From a virus (taxonomy: Duplodnaviria > Caudoviricetes): 28,945 nucleotides of DNA. This document shows, one piece after another, positions 25,122-28,945 of the stretch. The stretch lies in the IMG/VR virus record IMGVR_UViG_3300021411_000018, positions 1-28,945 of that record; one strand, 5' to 3'. Position 1 is the stretch's first letter. Each line of letters begins with the position of its first letter. The position numbers were made by a program, and so were the translations under genes. Under the pieces are notes generated by a model that saw only the letters and a list, made by a program, of their open reading frames with translations, was not told where the DNA came from and did no database searches.

Positions 25122-26071
25122 GACGCCTTCCTAAGGTTGTCGTCTGCCCGCAACGAACGGATCTTTCCCGTGGCACCATCGAAGAACATGTCGACCACGG
25201 TCGTCTCACCACGCTTGTTCTTACACAACGACAGTGTGATCGTGTTCTTGTACTGATCACGCATCTGCCGTGACAACGACTCGTTGTCGGCACGCTGACA
25301 TACACCGATCATGAACGTCGCCTCACGTTCACCGCCCCACACCATGTCGTGGATACGAGGGACCTTTCCTCGCTTCTCCTCGTTCTTGTGGGACTGCTGA
25401 ATGCAGATGACGGGTAGCCGTTCCAATTTGGTGAACGCCTTGACGCCTTTGGCGGCGGCGCCCTCATCGGTAAACCCTGGGATCGAACCGAGGTAGTCGA
25501 TCATCACCAGGTCAAGTTCTCGTTGGCGTAGGTCTTCGAGCTTGTGACGTACACCAGCGATGTCCTTCAACGTGATGGACGTGTCGATCACTGACAGGTT
25601 CGGGAACTCTTTGGTTGCCGCTTTGCGCAGCAGCCGTACCGCATCGTTGTCTTTCGCTTTGATGCGATCTTCGAAGTCACGGCGTCGCAGCCCGTGCTTG
25701 ATGCACAGCAACTTGACAAGGACGTCCTCTGCGATTTCGTCGGGTGTTACGTACAGGATGTGCTTCTCACGGTTGTGTACGACGGACTGCAACGCCACCC
25801 ACGTCTTGCCTTGCTGGACCTGACCGAAGACGAACGTGAGGTCACCTTTACCTGTGCCTCGCATCATCAAGTCGAGTTCGTGGATGCCGAGCATGATTCG
25901 ACCATCGGGGTTCTGTACGTAGTCGATGAAGTTGTCAGCTACCTCACTTAACGGTCGGACGTGAGGTACGCGGGATTTGAGTTGCGCCGCGGAAGCCTTC
26001 GCCTCCGCGGCGTCTCGGTCTGCGATCCGCTCCCGTATGTCAGCTATCTCGGGGAGGGTCGCCACGCTCAT
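25118..26071 (-). CDS. DnaB-like (SF4) replicative helicase, ATPase domain only
   Basis: LD.MM.G...GDL..V.G, Walker A GQVQQGKT, Walker B VMIDYLG, CIQQ, LCKNKRG arginine-finger region. Confidence 0.82.
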   Translation of the reverse strand: MSVATLPEIADIRERIADRDAAEAKASAAQLKSRVPHVRPLSEVADNFIDYVQNPDGRIMLGIHELDLMMRGTGKGDLTFVFGQVQQGKTWVALQSVVHNREKHILYVTPDEIAEDVLVKLLCIKHGLRRRDFEDRIKAKDNDAVRLLRKAATKEFPNLSVIDTSITLKDIAGVRHKLEDLRQRELDLVMIDYLGSIPGFTDEGAAAKGVKAFTKLERLPVICIQQSHKNEEKRGKVPRIHDMVWGGEREATFMIGVCQRADNESLSRQMRDQYKNTITLSLCKNKRGETTVVDMFFDGATGKIRSLRADDNLRKAS

Positions 26072-26289
26072 GCGAGCTCCCAGTCCTCCGCAAAGAGGTC
26101 ACCCTGAGAGGCGAGCCACGGGACACGATCGCCTGTGACAGTGATGATGTAGATGTAGGGCAGGGTGTTGGCTGAATCGTCGTCGGGGAACTGGACCTTG
26201 ATGTACTGGTTGGGTCCGTTCCAACCTCTGCGGTTGACACGTTCACCTTCCTTGAGGGCGTTCAGCGCCCACTCAAAGTTCATCAACAT
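26068..26289 (-). CDS. tad2: DUF2829 / Tad2-like anti-defence signal-sponge protein
   Basis: MNF..AL..LK.G..V.R.GWNG...YI ... PYI ... VPW.ASQ.D..AEDW is the DUF2829 signature. Confidence 0.82.
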   Translation of the reverse strand: MLMNFEWALNALKEGERVNRRGWNGPNQYIKVQFPDDDSANTLPYIYIITVTGDRVPWLASQGDLFAEDWELA

Positions 26290-26654
26290 CAGCGCTCCAG
26301 CAGGTCCTCGATGACGCCCACGAGGCGGCGCACCAGTTCACGTTCCTTTGACACTTCGACGACCTTGTCGAGGAGCTGATCCTTCAAATCAAGGACGTTG
26401 TCGTCTTCCATCTGGCGTTCCAGATCGATGAGGAACAGGTCCTCGTCGGTGGGATCATCGATATCGAACAGCGGGAACATCGGGAAGTCGCCTGTTCCCT
26501 CGTCACGCACGTCGCCGTAGTCGATGATGTTGTGCTTGAGGATCTCCCACTCGTCGTTCTTGAGTGTGATGAACTTGCCGCTCTGGTCGTCCCGCTGGAA
26601 ATGCAGACGGACAGAACCGTTGTCGAGATCCGTCTTTTCGATCGTCGGGTTCAC
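26289..26654 (-). CDS. Acidic hypothetical protein
   Basis: GTGA overlap sets the start at 26654 (VNPTIEK...); C-terminal coiled coil. Confidence 0.65.
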   Translation of the reverse strand: MNPTIEKTDLDNGSVRLHFQRDDQSGKFITLKNDEWEILKHNIIDYGDVRDEGTGDFPMFPLFDIDDPTDEDLFLIDLERQMEDDNVLDLKDQLLDKVVEVSKERELVRRLVGVIEDLLER

Positions 26655-26818
26655 TTGTTGTCTAGCTCCTTGAGTACAGCCCGCACACGTGTCGCTAGCC
26701 ATTCGGCAGCGGCGTTCAGGTTCTCATCTGAACCTTTGATCGTCCACGACTCAGACGGCCAATGCGTGCAGCCGATGTTGTCGAGGTACTGTTTCGCAGC
26801 GTTCTCTAGAAGGTCCAT
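26651..26818 (-). CDS. 55-aa hypothetical protein
   Basis: Hand translation MDLLENAAKQYLDNIGCTHWPSESWTIKGSDENLNAAAEWLATRVRAVLKELDNK*; GGGG upstream; GTGA overlap downstream. Confidence 0.6.
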   Translation of the reverse strand: MDLLENAAKQYLDNIGCTHWPSESWTIKGSDENLNAAAEWLATRVRAVLKELDNK

Positions 26819-26840
26819 AGACGCGCAATCCCCGCAGTTG

Positions 26841-27108
26841 ATTGTGGGTTCGCCGCCTAGGACGCCGCTGAAACGGTATTGCCCTTAAGTGTTTCAGCAG
26901 CCTCCAAAGAGGCGAACCCACGATGGTCGGGTTGGTGGATGAGGCGAAGGAGGAAACCCCACCCCCAACCCAGCTAGCAGCGTTCAGTGAAGTCCAGAGC
27001 CTTCCGCATTCGGACCGTTGAAGTCGGTCGCTCAGCTCCGACACGGGCGCGGTTCTCTTCTGCTGGCACAGGTCGCGCAGTACTACATCACTGATCGCTC
27101 TAGCGATC
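26841..27108 (-). ncRNA. Candidate structured non-coding RNA / cis-element (four consecutive hairpin domains)
   Basis: Inverted repeats at 27093-27108, 26996-27039, 26929-26971 (loop UUCCUCCUUC) and 26841-26924; the only long gap in an otherwise overlap-coupled arm. Confidence 0.5.
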
Positions 27109-27644
27109 TAGTCGATCCAGAAGGCAACCCCGCTCGACTTGTGCTTGAAGTCGGGAGACGAGGGCTTCGGCTTGTCGTTGCGGTTGTCGTAGAACTCGTG
27201 AGGGAAGGCGTCGTAACGATCCTTCGCCCACTGAGTGTTCGCAGCGGCCTGAGCCTTCTCGATGTCGTTCATCTGCGCACGAGGCTTCCGCAAGACCGTG
27301 GGGTCATACGGCGGCTCGGCAGCCACGCTCGAAGCAGAAGCTTCGGGCTGGGTGGGAGCAGCCGTTTCGACCACGGCATCGGGGAAGGCCCGTTGCATGA
27401 TCTCCATCGGGATACCTGAATCGGACAGCTCCGTGTCGATACCGAGCACGTCGTACACCCACGACTTCGCCTCAAGCGATGCCTCACGGGCACGAGACAG
27501 GTTCTCGTCACTGCTCCCGTCAGGGTCGATCAGATACTGGACCCGATGCGAAAACGTGTCCGTCTCGTACGGTCGGAGCTGGGTCGTCTTACGGAAGTCC
27601 ACTTCCCCTACGAGGTAGGCGGGCTTCTCTTCGACCATCGTCAC
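27108..27644 (-). CDS. Putative ssDNA-binding/recombination protein with C-terminal PDF motif
   Basis: C-terminus W....DAFPHEFYDNRNDKPKPSSPDFKHKSSGVAFWID, after an A/P-rich linker; near the exonuclease. Confidence 0.65.
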   Translation of the reverse strand: MTMVEEKPAYLVGEVDFRKTTQLRPYETDTFSHRVQYLIDPDGSSDENLSRAREASLEAKSWVYDVLGIDTELSDSGIPMEIMQRAFPDAVVETAAPTQPEASASSVAAEPPYDPTVLRKPRAQMNDIEKAQAAANTQWAKDRYDAFPHEFYDNRNDKPKPSSPDFKHKSSGVAFWID

Positions 27645-27898
27645 CAGACGTCCGAGGGGTCAGTGCCCGTCAGGTCCGCGACCTTGGCGTTGTACGTCTT
27701 CTCGACAGCGGTGACGGCGAAGCGGCGAGCGGAGTCGAGGCGGTTGAACGCAGCGACGTTCTCGTTACGGGTCTTCGACAGCACCTCGCGCTTGTCGTGG
27801 TACTCCGTGTCCAGGGCGTCGATCGCCTCGGTCATGGCTCGGTCGGCTTCCTTGATGCCGTCGGTGATCAGATCGAGCAGGGAAGTGGGGGCAGTCAT
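27641..27898 (-). CDS. Hypothetical helical protein
   Basis: AAGAGG upstream; 85 aa; GTGA overlap downstream. Confidence 0.7.
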   Translation of the reverse strand: MTAPTSLLDLITDGIKEADRAMTEAIDALDTEYHDKREVLSKTRNENVAAFNRLDSARRFAVTAVEKTYNAKVADLTGTDPSDVW

Positions 27899-27986
27899 TG
27901 CGTTACGTGTTCCTCTTGTGCTAGGCCCGCCACCCGCTTACCGACATCAACTTCCCGTCGTTTGCAGTTGCGAAACATGACCGTTA

Positions 27987-28820
27987 TCACAACGTCACGA
28001 GTTGGGGGGTGGATGCATACGCCAACACCGCCCCCTTGCATGTACCCCAAGCAGGACACCAGTCGGCGCTACAGAGGGCGTGCTGATCGTTCGTCGGCCA
28101 CGGAGCCGACGCCGACTCGTACGTGTTCACGACGTTCCAGCACTGCTCTTCCAACCACCCCCACTCGCGTGGCCCACGTGTCGTGGTGAGGACACCAGAA
28201 ACGCAGGGTGTCCGTTGCATCGCTACCCACGTGAACGGGACGGGCGTGTCCTCGAAGTAGCCGAGCTGGTGCGCGGCCCACGTGTAGGGTCCTGGCTGAA
28301 TCCCCCAGCGTTGGAGCTGCCAGCCTTCGAGCGTGAACTTCGACAGGCGACTGCATGTCTTCCAGTCGTACACGGATGTCTCGTCAATGAAGTCGATGCA
28401 TCCTGCGAGACGAATGACGGTGCGGCCGCGTCGGCTGAACTCAAGATCGAAGGACAGTTCGACGGCGAGGGGTTCCCCGAGGTGACGCCAGATGTCGCGG
28501 AGCCACGTGTTGAAGCAGTTGGTTATGTGCTGCTCCGACGTCTTGGCTGTCTTGACCTTCACCCAGCGGAAGTCAGAAGCCTCTGAGAGGTCCCTGAATT
28601 GGCGTATGGCGGCCTCCAAGGCGTCGGAGGGGGCATCACCGCCACTGAGCCGCTCTATGGCCGTGTGGGTAGCTGTCCCGATCGCCGCCTCAGCGGACGT
28701 GAAGTCGTCGGCCTCACCCCACCACAGTTGCCGTGCCCGCTCGGGACACAACGTGTACGTGCCGAGATCCGACTGATGAATCGTGTAGGTGGTGACACCA
28801 CCGTAAGTTGATACGTCCAT
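27987..28820 (-). CDS. Cas4/RecB-like PD-(D/E)xK exonuclease with Fe-S cysteines
   Basis: N-terminal LCP, IGTATH, GCIDFID, YDWKT, Q...Y, C-terminal CSADWCPAWGTC (1+3 Cys arrangement). Confidence 0.85.
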   Translation of the reverse strand: MDVSTYGGVTTYTIHQSDLGTYTLCPERARQLWWGEADDFTSAEAAIGTATHTAIERLSGGDAPSDALEAAIRQFRDLSEASDFRWVKVKTAKTSEQHITNCFNTWLRDIWRHLGEPLAVELSFDLEFSRRGRTVIRLAGCIDFIDETSVYDWKTCSRLSKFTLEGWQLQRWGIQPGPYTWAAHQLGYFEDTPVPFTWVAMQRTPCVSGVLTTTRGPREWGWLEEQCWNVVNTYESASAPWPTNDQHALCSADWCPAWGTCKGAVLAYASTPQLVTL

Positions 28821-28945
28821 GATGGCCGTACCACATACCCGTACACGAGTTCAAGTATGGGTCACAGAATTTTCGGCAGCGTCGAACGATAAGGACATGA
28901 CGACGTTGACGTGTGGAACGACCCGACACGGGGCATAGCCCTAGC

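Noticed and set aside
26996-27039. Hammerhead ribozyme or tRNA fragment on the - strand (CUGAGCGA...stem...CGAA; 5-bp arm with 7-nt loop)
   Set aside because: Core deviates from CUGANGA/GAAA, no convincing stem III, no U33 or T-loop consensus and no cloverleaf; kept only as generic structure.
27987-28820. CRISPR-Cas system suggested by the Cas4-like gene
   Set aside because: No repeat-spacer array or other cas genes seen; solo Cas4/RecB-like exonucleases are common in phage recombination modules.
1-28945. Stop-codon reassignment
   Set aside because: TAA, TAG and TGA all end genes at sensible, tightly coupled boundaries, and core genes other than terL are full length in the standard code.
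28821-28945. Early promoter upstream of the exonuclease (- strand TTGAAC-N18-TACGGC)
   Set aside because: The -10 lacks the conserved final T and the region is cut by the window edge; plausible but not supportable.

Overview
This window is part of a high-GC tailed dsDNA phage genome, probably a podovirus; an actinobacterial-type host is inferred, not shown. It has two convergent arms. The + strand (1-18743) is the late arm: terminase small subunit (partial), a terminase large subunit split into separate ATPase and nuclease genes with a 35-aa membrane micro-gene between them, P22-like portal, scaffold, major capsid, head decoration, adaptor, nozzle, short tail proteins, four probable ejection proteins and an M15-peptidase/PG-binding endolysin. 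The - strand (28820-18716) is a tightly coupled early/replication arm: Cas4/RecB-like exonuclease, a protein with a plant-OSB-like PDF ssDNA-binding motif, a ~290-nt structured non-coding region, a Tad2-like (DUF2829) anti-defence protein, DnaB-like helicase, AEP primase, RusA, a stand-alone sigma-70 region-4 protein, a tandem paralog pair, an RNA ligase and many micro-ORFs. A motif TGGACA-N13/14-GT(A/G)(G/A) sits at the start of four late modules and is a candidate late promoter. No integrase, DNA polymerase, tRNA, rRNA or CRISPR array was seen. All family assignments come from motif recognition by eye; no database searches were run.
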